This document shows positions 1 through 9,053 of a stretch of DNA of 64,000 bases, one piece after another. Below the pieces are notes generated by a model. The model saw only the letters and a program-made list of their open reading frames with translations, ran no database searches and had not been told where the DNA came from. A program made the translations under genes and the position numbers. The DNA comes from Thermoplasmata archaeon. GTDB lineage: Archaea; Thermoplasmatota; Thermoplasmata; Lutacidiplasmatales; UBA184. The DNA lies in the NCBI GenBank assembly GCA_035622275.1, contig DASPVQ010000001.1, forward strand, positions 10,607-74,606, in the 5' to 3' direction. Every line of letters begins with the position of its first letter. The first letter of the stretch is position 1.

Positions 1-547
1 GATCTCGACCCAGTCGGACCTCATGAGTGCGGCGACCGGTGCTCTCGGGACGCTCAAGGGCCCGGTCCACGGCGGTGCGCCGAGCCGGGTCTCCTCGATG
101 CTGGACGCGATTCGGACCCCCGACCGCGCGGACGCGTGGATCGCCCAGGAACTGGCGGCGGGCCGGGTGCTCTACGGGTTCGGCCACCGCGCGTACAAGA
201 CGGACGACCCGCGCGGCCTCGTCCTCCACCGGATCGCGCGGGACATCGCGGACCCGCATCGGCTCCAGCTCGCCGAGGCGGTGGAGCGCTCGGCGCTCGC
301 CGCGCTGCGCGCCGCGAAACCGAACGCCCGGCTCTTCACGAACGTCGAGTACTACAGCGCGGTCGTGCTGGAGGGGATCGGGCTCCCGCCCGAACTGTTC
401 ACTCCCACATTCGCGGTGGCGCGCACGGCCGGCTGGACCGCGCACGCGCTCGAGCAGGCGTCGGACAACCGACTGATGCGACCCGACGTCGAGTACGTCG
501 GTCCACCGAAAGGGTCGAAGTGGCCTCGGCCCCTGCCGGGCCACTGA
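1..547 (+). CDS. citrate synthase, C-terminal fragment (5' end lies outside the window)
   Basis: ORF 23..547 shares frame with the window start. GHRAYKTDDPR and a C-terminal citrate-synthase-like region are present. Confidence 0.7.
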   Translation, partial: ISTQSDLMSAATGALGTLKGPVHGGAPSRVSSMLDAIRTPDRADAWIAQELAAGRVLYGFGHRAYKTDDPRGLVLHRIARDIADPHRLQLAEAVERSALAALRAAKPNARLFTNVEYYSAVVLEGIGLPPELFTPTFAVARTAGWTAHALEQASDNRLMRPDVEYVGPPKGSKWPRPLPGH

Positions 548-562
548 CCGGCCGCTTCGCGA

Positions 563-2470
563 CTACGGCTCGCCGGTCTCGTCCGAAGCGTCCTTGTCGA
601 CGACCTTGAAGTCGGCGTCGACCGGTCCGGACGACCCCGGGGACTCCGGGGGCGCGTCGGCAGCTCCCGCCCCTTCCTCGGGCGGCGGGCTCGTCGCCCC
701 CGCGGAGCCCGCGCCGCCCGACTGGTAGAGCTTCTGGGCGATCCCGTGGAGGACCTTGGTCAGCGACTCGGTCTGGCTCTTCAGGTCGGAGACCGTGGCG
801 TCCTTCCGTCCGATCGTTTCGCGGAGCGCGGCGACCTGGCTGCGCACCGACTCCGCGTCCGCTGCGTCGATCTTGTCCTTCGAGTCGGTCAGGACCCGCT
901 CGGCCTCGTAGGCGAGCGACTCGGCCTGGTTCTTCGCGTGGACGAGGTCCGCTCGCGCCTTGTCGGCCTCGGCGAACTGCTCGGCCTGGTGGACCATCTT
1001 CTCGACGTCCTCCTTCGAGAGCTTGGTGGACGCGGTGATCGTGATCCCCTGCTTGCGTCCGGAGGCCAAGTCCTTCGCCGAGACGTTGAGCAGCCCGTTC
1101 GCGTCGATGTCGAAGCTGACCTCGACCTGCGGGATCCCCCGCGGCGCGGGCGGAATGCCCGTGAGCAGGAAGCTCCCGAGCGCGACGTTGTCCTCCGCGA
1201 GGGGTCGCTCGCCCTGGAAGACCTTGATCTCGACCGTCGACTGGTTGTCGGCCGCGGTCGTGAACGTCTGGCTCTTGTGGGTCGGGATCGTCGTGTTCCG
1301 CTCGATGAGCCGGGTGAACACCCCGCCCATCGTCTCGAGCCCGAGCGAGAGCGGCGTCACGTCGAGCAGGAGCACGTCCTTGACCTCGCCGGCGAGGACG
1401 CCGCCCTGGATCGCCGCGCCCATCGCGACGCACTCCATCGGGTCGACGCCGCGTTCGATCGGCCGTCCGACCGCGCCCTCGAGGAACTTCTGAACGAGCG
1501 GCATCCGCGTCGGACCGCCGACCAGGACGATCCGCCCGATCTCGTCCTTCTTGATCTTCGCGTCCGCGATCGCCTGTTCGACGGGCTTGCGGCACCGGTC
1601 GACGATCGGCCGGACCAGCTCCTCCAGCTTCGCGCGGCTGAGCGTGAGCGCGAGGTGCTTCGGGCCCTCGTTCGTCGCCGTCAGGAACGGCAGGTTGATC
1701 TGGGTCTCGAGCGTCGAGGAGAGCTCGATCTTCGCCTTCTCGGCGGCATCGCGCACGCGCTGCATCGCCATCTTGTCCTTGCGGATGTCGACGCCGGACT
1801 CCTTCTGGAACTCGCCCGCGATCCACTCGGTGGTCGCGACGTCCATGTCGGTTCCACCGAGCTGCGTGTCCCCGCTCGTGGAGAGGACCTCGAAGACGCC
1901 GTCGCCGAAGTCCATGATCGTCACATCGAGCGTGCCGCCGCCCAGGTCGAACACGAGGATCTTCTGGTTCTTCCCGGCCTTGTCGAGCCCATAGGCGAGC
2001 GAGGCCGCGGTCGGCTCGTTGATGATGCGGACGACGTCGAGGCCGGCGATCGCGCCGGCGTCCTTCGTCGCCTGACGCTGGTTGTCGTTGAAGTAGGCCG
2101 GCACGGTGATGACGGCCTTCTCGACCTTCTCGCCGAGGAACGCCTCCGCGTCGCGCTTGATCTTCTGGAGGAGGAACGCCGAGAGCTGCTGCGGCGTGTA
2201 CTCCTTGCCGTGGAGCTTGTACTTGTAATCGGTTCCCATCTTCCGCTTGAACGCGGTGACGGTCCCTTCGGGATTGGAGATCGCCTGGCGTCGCGCCGGC
2301 TCCCCGACGATCAACTGACCGTCCTTGGTGAACGCGACGTACGACGGAAACGCCTTCCCTCCGCCCGTCGTGGTGCCTTCGGCACTGGGGATGATCGCGG
2401 GTCGGCCGCCTTCCAGCATCGCGGCGGCCGAGTTGCTCGTTCCGAGGTCGATTCCGATGATCTTCGACAT
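563..2470 (-). CDS. dnaK: molecular chaperone DnaK (Hsp70)
   Basis: The 638-aa ORF has [13 protein letters not shown] and DLGGGTLD Hsp70 signatures. Start is set at the internal ATG ([10 protein letters not shown]), 3 codons after the first GTG. Confidence 0.95.
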   Translation of the reverse strand: MSKIIGIDLGTSNSAAAMLEGGRPAIIPSAEGTTTGGGKAFPSYVAFTKDGQLIVGEPARRQAISNPEGTVTAFKRKMGTDYKYKLHGKEYTPQQLSAFLLQKIKRDAEAFLGEKVEKAVITVPAYFNDNQRQATKDAGAIAGLDVVRIINEPTAASLAYGLDKAGKNQKILVFDLGGGTLDVTIMDFGDGVFEVLSTSGDTQLGGTDMDVATTEWIAGEFQKESGVDIRKDKMAMQRVRDAAEKAKIELSSTLETQINLPFLTATNEGPKHLALTLSRAKLEELVRPIVDRCRKPVEQAIADAKIKKDEIGRIVLVGGPTRMPLVQKFLEGAVGRPIERGVDPMECVAMGAAIQGGVLAGEVKDVLLLDVTPLSLGLETMGGVFTRLIERNTTIPTHKSQTFTTAADNQSTVEIKVFQGERPLAEDNVALGSFLLTGIPPAPRGIPQVEVSFDIDANGLLNVSAKDLASGRKQGITITASTKLSKEDVEKMVHQAEQFAEADKARADLVHAKNQAESLAYEAERVLTDSKDKIDAADAESVRSQVAALRETIGRKDATVSDLKSQTESLTKVLHGIAQKLYQSGGAGSAGATSPPPEEGAGAADAPPESPGSSGPVDADFKVVDKDASDETGEP

Positions 2471-2545
2471 GTGGGTCACTGCGGAGCCCCTCGCCGCACG
2501 GCGGCGGGAGCCCTCCTGATGGCCGAATTAGTAAGACAACACTCG

Positions 2546-2553
2546 TATAAAAA
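2546..2553. promoter_or_regulatory. TATAAAAA box in the dnaK/HAD divergent intergenic region
   Basis: Only A/T island in a GC-rich spacer, about 75 nt from either start codon. Which gene it serves is ambiguous. Confidence 0.35.
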
Positions 2554-2623
2554 GGCGGTGTAACTCGCCGGTCCGCCCACCCTCGGAGGGCGAACTTTTC
2601 CCCGCCGGCCGGTCGATTCCGGT

Positions 2624-3355
2624 GTGGCGCCCGAAGGCCCCCGCCTTCTTCTCATCGACCTCGACGATACCGTCTTCGACCATTCGCTCACCTGCCGAGC
2701 CGTCCTCGCCGAACTCCGCCGCTCCCATCGGTTCCTTCGGGCCCGGTCGCTCGACGAGGTGACCACGGAGTACGCGCGTCTACTCTGGGACACGCACGCG
2801 GACGTCGCGCTCGGGCACCGGGACGTGGAGGACGCCCGGGCCGAGCGGTTCCTGCGCCTCGCGGCGTGGTGCGGAGAGGAGATCGACGGGGAGACCGCCG
2901 CGGCGATCTCCCGAAAGTACCGGGCCCGCTACCTCGAGCTTCGACGTCCGGTGGACGGTGCCCCCGACTTTCTCCGATCCCTCCGCGGCTCGATGCGGAT
3001 CTCCGTCGTGACGAACAACACGCTCTCGGAACAGACCGACAAGCTCGCGTTCCTGGGGCTTCGAAACGTCGTCGACGACCTCGTGACCTCGGAAGAGGTC
3101 GGCGCGCAGAAGCCGGATCCCGCGATCTTCCGAGCTGCTCTCCGTCGGGTCGGGGCGACAACGGCGGAGGCGGTCATGATCGGGGACAGCTGGACGAGCG
3201 ACATCGAGGGGGCTCGGGACGCTGGCGTGCGGGCGATATGGTTCAACCGGTTCGGTCTCCCTCAGCCGTCCCGAGCGACCGTGCCCGAGTTCGCGTCGTT
3301 CCGGTCAACGGCGAAGATCCGGCGGCTCCTCCGGGGGAGCCCGTTGGCCGACTGA
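2624..3355 (+). CDS. HAD-superfamily hydrolase
   Basis: LLLIDLDDTVFDH motif I (DxDxT) near the N-terminus, with the downstream GDSxxD motif. GTG start. Confidence 0.75.
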   Translation: MAPEGPRLLLIDLDDTVFDHSLTCRAVLAELRRSHRFLRARSLDEVTTEYARLLWDTHADVALGHRDVEDARAERFLRLAAWCGEEIDGETAAAISRKYRARYLELRRPVDGAPDFLRSLRGSMRISVVTNNTLSEQTDKLAFLGLRNVVDDLVTSEEVGAQKPDPAIFRAALRRVGATTAEAVMIGDSWTSDIEGARDAGVRAIWFNRFGLPQPSRATVPEFASFRSTAKIRRLLRGSPLAD

Positions 3356-3414
3356 CCCTCGCGGGGGTCGCTCGGTTCCGCGCGCATTATATCGGGCGGC
3401 CCACTGCTCGCCCG

Positions 3415-4611
3415 ATGCCCCGTCTTCCCGAGCCGTGGATTCCGGCCGCCCGCAAGACGCTGCCGGCGATGCGCGCCTGGCGGGTCGCGTTTCACAAGGA
3501 GCCGGAGCTCTCGCTGCAGGAGAAGCGAACCCGCGACAAGGTCGTCGCAGCGCTGTCGGAGCTGGGCATCTCGTACCAGGCCTTCGACGGATTCACGGGC
3601 GTGGTCGGTCTGATCCCGGGGAGCTCCGACCGTCCGGTGGTCGCGCTACGCGCGGACATGGACGCGCTGCCCGTCACCGAAGAGACCCACCTGTCCTACG
3701 CGTCGCGCTTCAGCGGTAAGATGCACGCGTGCGGCCATGACGTCCACATGTCCTGCCTCCTCGGAGCGGCAGCGATACTCACCCGAGAGGGCCGTCGCCC
3801 GCGGGGTCCGGTGAAGCTCCTGTTCCAGCCCGCGGAGGAGGAGGGGCAGCGCGGGGGTGCGCTCCCGATGATTGAACTGGGATGCCTCGAGCGGCCGAAG
3901 GTGGACTTCGTCGTCGGCCAGCACGTCGAGCCGAATCTCCCCCTGGGCGACGTCGGGTGGCGGTCCGGCCCGTTCTTCGCGGCGGCGGACTTCTTCCGGA
4001 TCACCGTGATCGGGCGGGGCGGGCACGCGGCGTCACCGCATCAGGGGCCCGACGCGATCGTCGTGGCGAGCGAGATCGTGAACGGCCTGCAGGCGCTCGT
4101 GAGCCGGGTGCGGGACCCGCTCGACCCCGTCGTCGTGAGCGTGGGGTCGATCCACGGCGGCACGCGGAACAACATCCTCCCCTCGGAGGTCGTGCTGGAA
4201 GGAACGGTGCGGACCTTCCGTCCGGCGACCCGGGATCTCATCGACGTGGCGCTGCACCGCCGGGTCAGCGCGATCGCCCGGAGCCTCGGCGCACGCGCCC
4301 GGATCGAGTACCTGCGCGGATACCCCACGCTCGTGAACGAACCGAAGGCGACCCACATCGTCGCGGACGCGTTGCGCGTCGAGTTCGGACAGAAGCACTG
4401 CATCGAGGTCCCCGACCCCGTGATGGGGGCCGAGGACTTCGCCCGGTACCTGGAACGCGTACCGGGGACGTTCCTCCATCTGGGCGTGGGGGTCCCCGAC
4501 CGGCCCGCATCCCTGCACAGCGCGACTTTCGCTCCGGACGAGCGGGCCCTGGTCTACGGCGCGGCAGCGCTCGCCGCGGCCGCCGACGGTCTGCAGCGGA
4601 GCGCCGCATGA
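3415..4611 (+). CDS. M20-family amidohydrolase/peptidase (N-acyl-amino-acid amidohydrolase-like)
   Basis: MHACGHDxH metal-binding motif and the pattern of the M20D family. Start at ATG 3415 (residue 184 of ORF 2866..4611). Alternative ATG at 3469. Confidence 0.8.
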   Translation: MPRLPEPWIPAARKTLPAMRAWRVAFHKEPELSLQEKRTRDKVVAALSELGISYQAFDGFTGVVGLIPGSSDRPVVALRADMDALPVTEETHLSYASRFSGKMHACGHDVHMSCLLGAAAILTREGRRPRGPVKLLFQPAEEEGQRGGALPMIELGCLERPKVDFVVGQHVEPNLPLGDVGWRSGPFFAAADFFRITVIGRGGHAASPHQGPDAIVVASEIVNGLQALVSRVRDPLDPVVVSVGSIHGGTRNNILPSEVVLEGTVRTFRPATRDLIDVALHRRVSAIARSLGARARIEYLRGYPTLVNEPKATHIVADALRVEFGQKHCIEVPDPVMGAEDFARYLERVPGTFLHLGVGVPDRPASLHSATFAPDERALVYGAAALAAAADGLQRSAA

Positions 4612-5984
4612 GCGTCGACGGCTGTCGAGCGGATTTTCCCGCCCTCGCCGCGCGACCGGACCGGCCGGCCCCCACGTACCTGGACTCCGCGTGCATGTCG
4701 CTCGTCCCGACGGCCGTGCTCGCGGCGATGGAGGAGTACTACCGGGACTTCCCCGGGTGCGCCGGCCGGAGCCTGCACCGCTTCGCCGAGGAGGTCGGGC
4801 GTCGCTACGAGGGGGCCCGCGGGGAGTTCGCCCGGTTCCTCGGTCGATCCGATCCGCGGGGCATCGTCTTCGTGCGGAACGCGACCGAGGCGATCAACCT
4901 GGTCGGCCAGGGTCTTACCTACGAGAAGGGCGACCGCGTGCTCGTCACCGACCGCGAGCACAACTCGAACCTCGTGATCTGGCAACGTCTCGCGGCGGAG
5001 CGCGGGATCCGTCTCGCCTCCCTCGCGCTCCCCGACGATGGCACGTTCGACGGGGACGCGCTCGAGGACGAGCTTGCCCGCGGCGTCCGCCTGGTGAGCT
5101 TCTTCCACACGTCGAACCTCGACGGGCGGTCGCTGCCGATCCGCGAGATCACCGAGCGCGCGCACGATCACGGGGCGCTCGTCCTGTTCGACGGTTGCCA
5201 GGCGGCGCCGCACGTGCCGGTGGATCTCGACCGAGCCGGCGTCGACTTCTACGCGATCTCCGCGCACAAGATGTTGGGGCCGACCGGGATCGGGGTGCTG
5301 GCCGGCGCGCCGGGTCCGATCTCCGAGCTGCGGCCGCTCCTGCTCGGCGGGGAGACGGTCGAGTGGAGCACGCTGACGGCCCACGAGCTGCGTCCGCCGC
5401 CGCACCGATTCGAAGCCGGACTGCAGAACTACGCCGGGGTGATCGGGGCGCGCGCGGCCCTCGACTACCTGCGGCGAGTGGGGCTCCCCGAGATCGAGGC
5501 CCGCCAGCGGGAGCTCAACACGCACGTTACGCGCGCGCTCGCGGGGGAGCGACGGGTGCACGTGTTCGGCCCCCGCGACCCCGGCGAGCGCCCGAGCATC
5601 TTCGCCTTCGCACTGGACGGGGTCGACCCGAACGACGCGGCGGTCTTCCTCGACGAGGGCCACGACGTTATGGTTCGGTCGGGGATGCACTGCGTCCACT
5701 CGTTCTACGAGCGACGGGGACTCCCGGGCAACGTCCGCGCCTCGTTCTACTTCTACAACGACCGTCACGACGCCGACCGGCTCGTCGCCGGGCTCCGCGA
5801 ACTGCTGGAGCGTGTCCCCGGCCCGCCCGTCAGCGGTACATCGGCTGCGAGCTCTGGGTCGGCGCGTCCCCGCGCCCCCGCTCGGCGGCGTGGCGCTGGA
5901 TCGACAGGAGCTGCTGCTCGATCCGCTCGGCCTCGGCGTAGAGCGGGACGGGGTCGAGCGGCGTCCGCAAGAGGATCTGGTTGA
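4608..5984 (+). CDS. cysteine desulfurase (class V aminotransferase, SufS/CsdA-like)
   Basis: ATGA overlap with the M20 stop. Carries the class-V PLP fold motifs (SAHKMLGPTG, MHC near the C-terminus). The last ~55 aa are low-complexity and overlap the convergent gene. Confidence 0.8.
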   Translation: MSVDGCRADFPALAARPDRPAPTYLDSACMSLVPTAVLAAMEEYYRDFPGCAGRSLHRFAEEVGRRYEGARGEFARFLGRSDPRGIVFVRNATEAINLVGQGLTYEKGDRVLVTDREHNSNLVIWQRLAAERGIRLASLALPDDGTFDGDALEDELARGVRLVSFFHTSNLDGRSLPIREITERAHDHGALVLFDGCQAAPHVPVDLDRAGVDFYAISAHKMLGPTGIGVLAGAPGPISELRPLLLGGETVEWSTLTAHELRPPPHRFEAGLQNYAGVIGARAALDYLRRVGLPEIEARQRELNTHVTRALAGERRVHVFGPRDPGERPSIFAFALDGVDPNDAAVFLDEGHDVMVRSGMHCVHSFYERRGLPGNVRASFYFYNDRHDADRLVAGLRELLERVPGPPVSGTSAASSGSARPRAPARRRGAGSTGAAARSARPRRRAGRGRAASARGSG

Positions 5985-6642
5985 TCGTCTCGATCACCTT
6001 CGCCGCCGCGCGCGCGTCCGGGTAATCCGACTGCGCCTCGGCAAGGAACGTGAGCACGTCGAACCCGCGCCGGCGGCCCTCGTTCAGGAGGACTCCGGCG
6101 ATCCCGGTGATGACGCCCTCGGCGAAGGGGCTCATGTTGGGTTCGATGTACAGTTCGCGCGCCTTGCGCGTGCTCGCGACGCCGTAGACCTTGACGTCGT
6201 TGAGCCGGGGCGAATGGCCGCGGCCCGTGTGGGGCGTCGCCTCGACCACGAGGCCCTCGGGGGAGACGAGCAGCGAGCAGCGCTGCTCCTGCACCCAGTC
6301 GATGATCGCCGTGGCGAGGGGGTGGATGACGGTGGGCGCCGGATGGAACTCCGAGACGAACGCGACGATCTTGTCCGCCCCGCGGCCCGCGCGGTCTGCG
6401 GGCGGTCGGCCCGCGTAGACCCGGACCGGATGCTGGGGGTCGCCGTTGCGCACGAGCGACACCGTCGGGAACGACGGTGACTCGACGATCCCGATCTGGT
6501 CCATCTGCAGGGTGTCGATGAGATAGTTCGCCACGATCGAGCTGACGAGACCGACCGACGGGAAGCCATCAATCACGATGGCCCCCTCGAGATCGATGCG
6601 CTTGATCTCGTAGATGCGCACCTGGTCCGGCGCCATCGGCAT
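5830..6642 (-). CDS. PAC2 family protein (proteasome assembly chaperone-like)
   Basis: 270-aa ORF with similarity to archaeal PAC2/COG1938 proteins (N-terminal IDLEGAIVIDGFPSVGLV). Confidence 0.7.
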   Translation of the reverse strand: MPMAPDQVRIYEIKRIDLEGAIVIDGFPSVGLVSSIVANYLIDTLQMDQIGIVESPSFPTVSLVRNGDPQHPVRVYAGRPPADRAGRGADKIVAFVSEFHPAPTVIHPLATAIIDWVQEQRCSLLVSPEGLVVEATPHTGRGHSPRLNDVKVYGVASTRKARELYIEPNMSPFAEGVITGIAGVLLNEGRRRGFDVLTFLAEAQSDYPDARAAAKVIETINQILLRTPLDPVPLYAEAERIEQQLLSIQRHAAERGRGDAPTQSSQPMYR

Positions 6643-6644
6643 CG

Positions 6645-7004
6645 CTACAGCGACCTCTCGACGATCTGGCCGAGCTCCCGCGAGATCAGGTCCACGAGGT
6701 CCTTGGTGAGCGCCCGCCGCACCTCGGGCGGCAGCGCGTGGAGTCCGAGGCGGGCCGTCGCGGTTCCGACGCGCACCAGGGCCGCGTACTCGGTCGCCCG
6801 GGCCGCGAGCAGGTCCCGCACCGCCTCCCGCAGGTCCTGCTCGAGCTTCGGGTCCTCCTTGAGCGTCTTTTCCAGGTGGCGGCGGATCTCGTCTTTGACG
6901 ATGTCACGGGTGGCCTCGCGGACGAGCTCCTCAGGGCGCAACAGGTCGCGCGTGCTCTTGACGAGGAGGTCGATCGGCTCGCCGGCCGCCTCGCCGTCCG
7001 CCAT
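6645..7004 (-). CDS. hypothetical helical protein (120 aa)
   Basis: Internal ATG (M80 of ORF 6645..7241) chosen, because the upstream ORF extension runs across the tRNA-Ala gene. A CTTAAG element lies ~27 nt upstream, and the gene sits 2 nt from the PAC2 start. Confidence 0.5.
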   Translation of the reverse strand: MADGEAAGEPIDLLVKSTRDLLRPEELVREATRDIVKDEIRRHLEKTLKEDPKLEQDLREAVRDLLAARATEYAALVRVGTATARLGLHALPPEVRRALTKDLVDLISRELGQIVERSL

Positions 7005-7029
7005 CGGGCGGTCGAGCGGCGACCGGGCC

Positions 7030-7034
7030 TTAAG
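7030..7034. promoter_or_regulatory. CTTAAG TATA-like element upstream of hypothetical gene 6645..7004
   Basis: A/T island ~27 nt upstream of the start codon on the minus strand. Confidence 0.3.
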
Positions 7035-7109
7035 ACTTGGCCCCGAGCCGCCGCCGGCGGACCGTCCGGGCGCAGGCGTTATGGCCGTCCCGGCGTCCGA
7101 GGCGCCAGT

Positions 7110-7210
7110 GGGCCGGTAGATCAGCGGAAGATCGCTACCTTGGCAAGGTAGAGGTCGCGAGTTCAAAGGGGGCGGGGCCCGCTCCGCCCCGGGGATTCTC
7201 GCCCGGTCCA
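7110..7210 (+). tRNA. tRNA-Ala (anticodon GGC) with a putative 29-nt intron in the T-loop (intron ~7168..7196)
   Basis: The 5' part folds as acceptor GGGCCGG, D-arm GATC/GATC, anticodon arm CTACC-TTGGCAA-GGTAG and T-stem GCGAG followed by TTCAAA. The matching CTCGC T-stem strand and CCGGTCC acceptor strand (G3:U70 Ala identity pair) plus discriminator A appear only after a 29-nt GC hairpin insert. Confidence 0.7.
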
Positions 7211-7276
7211 CTCGACCCGGTTCCGAGAGGACCATCGGCACCTGTCGAGCGGAGACCTCGACACGAAGGCTATCGA

Positions 7277-7282
7277 TTTATA
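7277..7282 (+). promoter_or_regulatory. TTTATA box for the HTH regulator / mevalonate operon
   Basis: TATA-like hexamer 25 nt upstream of GTG 7307, consistent with a leaderless transcript. Confidence 0.5.
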
Positions 7283-7306
7283 CGGCCCGATTCCTGCCGC
7301 GACCTC

Positions 7307-7984
7307 GTGGAGGCGGAGATCCGCGAGAAGATCGCCGGCGAGGTCGTCCTCTCGCCGCACCCGGGCCGGACCCTGCGCAAGTGGCGCGAGGACTTCTCGA
7401 TCTCCCAGCGCGACCTCGCCCGCCACCTCCAGACCGTGCCCAGCGTGATCAGCGACTACGAGTCGGAGCGCCGCGTCAGCCCGGGGGCCGCGTTCATCCG
7501 CCGCTACGTGGACGCGCTGCTCGCGGTCGACGCCGATCACGGCGGCAAGGTCGGACAGCGGCTCGGGCTGCGGCCGCACTCCGACGGCATCCTCGGCATG
7601 CGCGAGTTCACGGTCGCGATCCCCCTCAAGGCGCTCGCGGACCGTCTCCAGGCGCGGGCGGTGAGCCGCGTCGACCTGTTCCGGGACATCCACGGCTTCA
7701 CGGTCCTGGACGCCCCGCGGGCGATCCTCTCCATCGACGCTTCGCGGTTCGTCGAGGTGTACGGCTGGACGACGCAGCGCGCGCTGATCTTCTCCAACGT
7801 CAAGTACGGCCGCTCTCCGATGGTCGCGATCCGCGCCCATCCGCTCAAGCCGGCCGCGGTGGTCTTCGCGAACCCCGGCCGCGTCGACCCGCTGGCGGTT
7901 CGCCTGAGCGAGGTCGAGAACATTCCGCTCCTCACGACGTCGCTCGCGGCACCGGCGGTGCTCGAACGGCTCGAGGAACTCTAG
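7307..7984 (+). CDS. XRE-family HTH DNA-binding protein with an uncharacterized C-terminal domain
   Basis: LRKWREDFSISQRDLARHLQTVPSVISDYESERRV is a Cro/C1-type HTH. GTG start chosen downstream of the tRNA gene. The long 5' part of ORF 7037..7984 is rejected because it covers the tRNA. Confidence 0.65.
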   Translation: MEAEIREKIAGEVVLSPHPGRTLRKWREDFSISQRDLARHLQTVPSVISDYESERRVSPGAAFIRRYVDALLAVDADHGGKVGQRLGLRPHSDGILGMREFTVAIPLKALADRLQARAVSRVDLFRDIHGFTVLDAPRAILSIDASRFVEVYGWTTQRALIFSNVKYGRSPMVAIRAHPLKPAAVVFANPGRVDPLAVRLSEVENIPLLTTSLAAPAVLERLEEL

Positions 7985-7999
7985 CAAGGAAGGGACGTC

Positions 8000-9052
8000 A
8001 TGGACGCAGGGATTGTGAGCTACGGCGCGTACGTGCCCCGCTACCGGATCACGCCGGCGGAGATCGGCCGGGTCTGGGGATCCGACGGCGAGAGCATGGG
8101 CCAGGGGCTGAACGTCGTCCGCAAGAGCGTGCCGGCGCCGGACGAGGACACGATCACGATCTCGACCGAAGCGCTGCGGATGGCGCTCATCCGGGGCGCG
8201 ATCGACCCCCAGCAAATCGGTGCGGTCTACGTCGGCTCCGAATCGCACCCGTACGCCGTCAAGCCGACGGCCACGGTCGTGGCGCAGGCGGTCGGGGCGA
8301 CCCCAAACCTCACGGCGGCCGACTTCGAGTTCGCGTGCAAGGCCGGCACCGCTGCGATCCAGACCTGCCTCGGTCTGGTCGGCGCCGGGATGATCCGCTA
8401 CGGGGTCGCGATCGGCACCGACACCTCGCAGGGCGCGCCGAGCGACGCGCTGGAGTACAGCGCGAGCGCGGGCGGCGCGGCCTTCGTGATCGGCCGCGAC
8501 CACGTGATCGCGACCGTCGAGCGCACCCTATCCTACACCACCGATACGCCGGACTTCTGGCGACGCGAGGGGCAGCGCTACCCCAGCCACAGCGGACGGT
8601 TCACCGGCGAGCCGGCGTACTTCCGCCACGAGACCGAGTGCGCGCGCCGCCTGATGGAGGCCTCGGGTACGAACCCGAAGGACTACCAGCACGTCGTCTT
8701 CCACCAGCCGAACGGGAAGTTCCCCCAGCGGGTCGGCAAGCAGCTCGGCTTCTCGGAGGCGCAGATGCGCTACGGGCTCGTGACCCCGTACATCGGTAAC
8801 ACCTACAGCGCCGCGGCGCTGCTCGGCCTGGCCAACGTCCTCGACCACGCCGGGCCGGGCGAGCGGATCCTGGTCGTCGGCTACGGCTCGGGCGCGGGGT
8901 CGGACGCCTTCGACCTGCGGACGACCGACGAGCTCGCCCGCTTCGACCGCTCCTACGGCCGGCCCGTCCAGTACCACCTCGACCACGGGACCGAGCTCAG
9001 CTACGCGGTCTACGCGAAGTTCCGCGGCAAGATCCACATGGGGGGGAGCTAG
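8000..9052 (+). CDS. hmgB: hydroxymethylglutaryl-CoA synthase
   Basis: 350-aa archaeal HMGCS pattern (N-terminal [14 protein letters not shown], thiolase-fold condensing enzyme). Its TAG stop sits immediately upstream of the next start. Confidence 0.9.
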   Translation: MDAGIVSYGAYVPRYRITPAEIGRVWGSDGESMGQGLNVVRKSVPAPDEDTITISTEALRMALIRGAIDPQQIGAVYVGSESHPYAVKPTATVVAQAVGATPNLTAADFEFACKAGTAAIQTCLGLVGAGMIRYGVAIGTDTSQGAPSDALEYSASAGGAAFVIGRDHVIATVERTLSYTTDTPDFWRREGQRYPSHSGRFTGEPAYFRHETECARRLMEASGTNPKDYQHVVFHQPNGKFPQRVGKQLGFSEAQMRYGLVTPYIGNTYSAAALLGLANVLDHAGPGERILVVGYGSGAGSDAFDLRTTDELARFDRSYGRPVQYHLDHGTELSYAVYAKFRGKIHMGGS

Positions 9053-9053
9053 G

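Noticed and set aside
399-2563. ORFs 399..1826(-), 746..2563(+) and 960..1493(+) overlapping dnaK
   Set aside because: They are antisense or alternative frames of the unmistakable Hsp70 gene, with low-complexity composition.
7110-7210. First impression that the tRNA-Ala and tRNA-Arg 5' parts were truncated tRNA fragments marking an integrated-element att site
   Set aside because: The missing T-stem and acceptor 3' strands are present 29-32 nt downstream, and the intervening insert is a tight hairpin. No integrase, recombinase or foreign-composition DNA is adjacent.
7037-8799. ORF 7037..7984 N-terminal 90 codons, ORF 6645..7241 N-terminal 79 codons, ORFs 7163..8503(-) and 7381..8799(+)
   Set aside because: The N-terminal extensions run straight through the tRNA-Ala gene. 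The other two ORFs are antisense or alternate frames of the HTH gene and hmgB.
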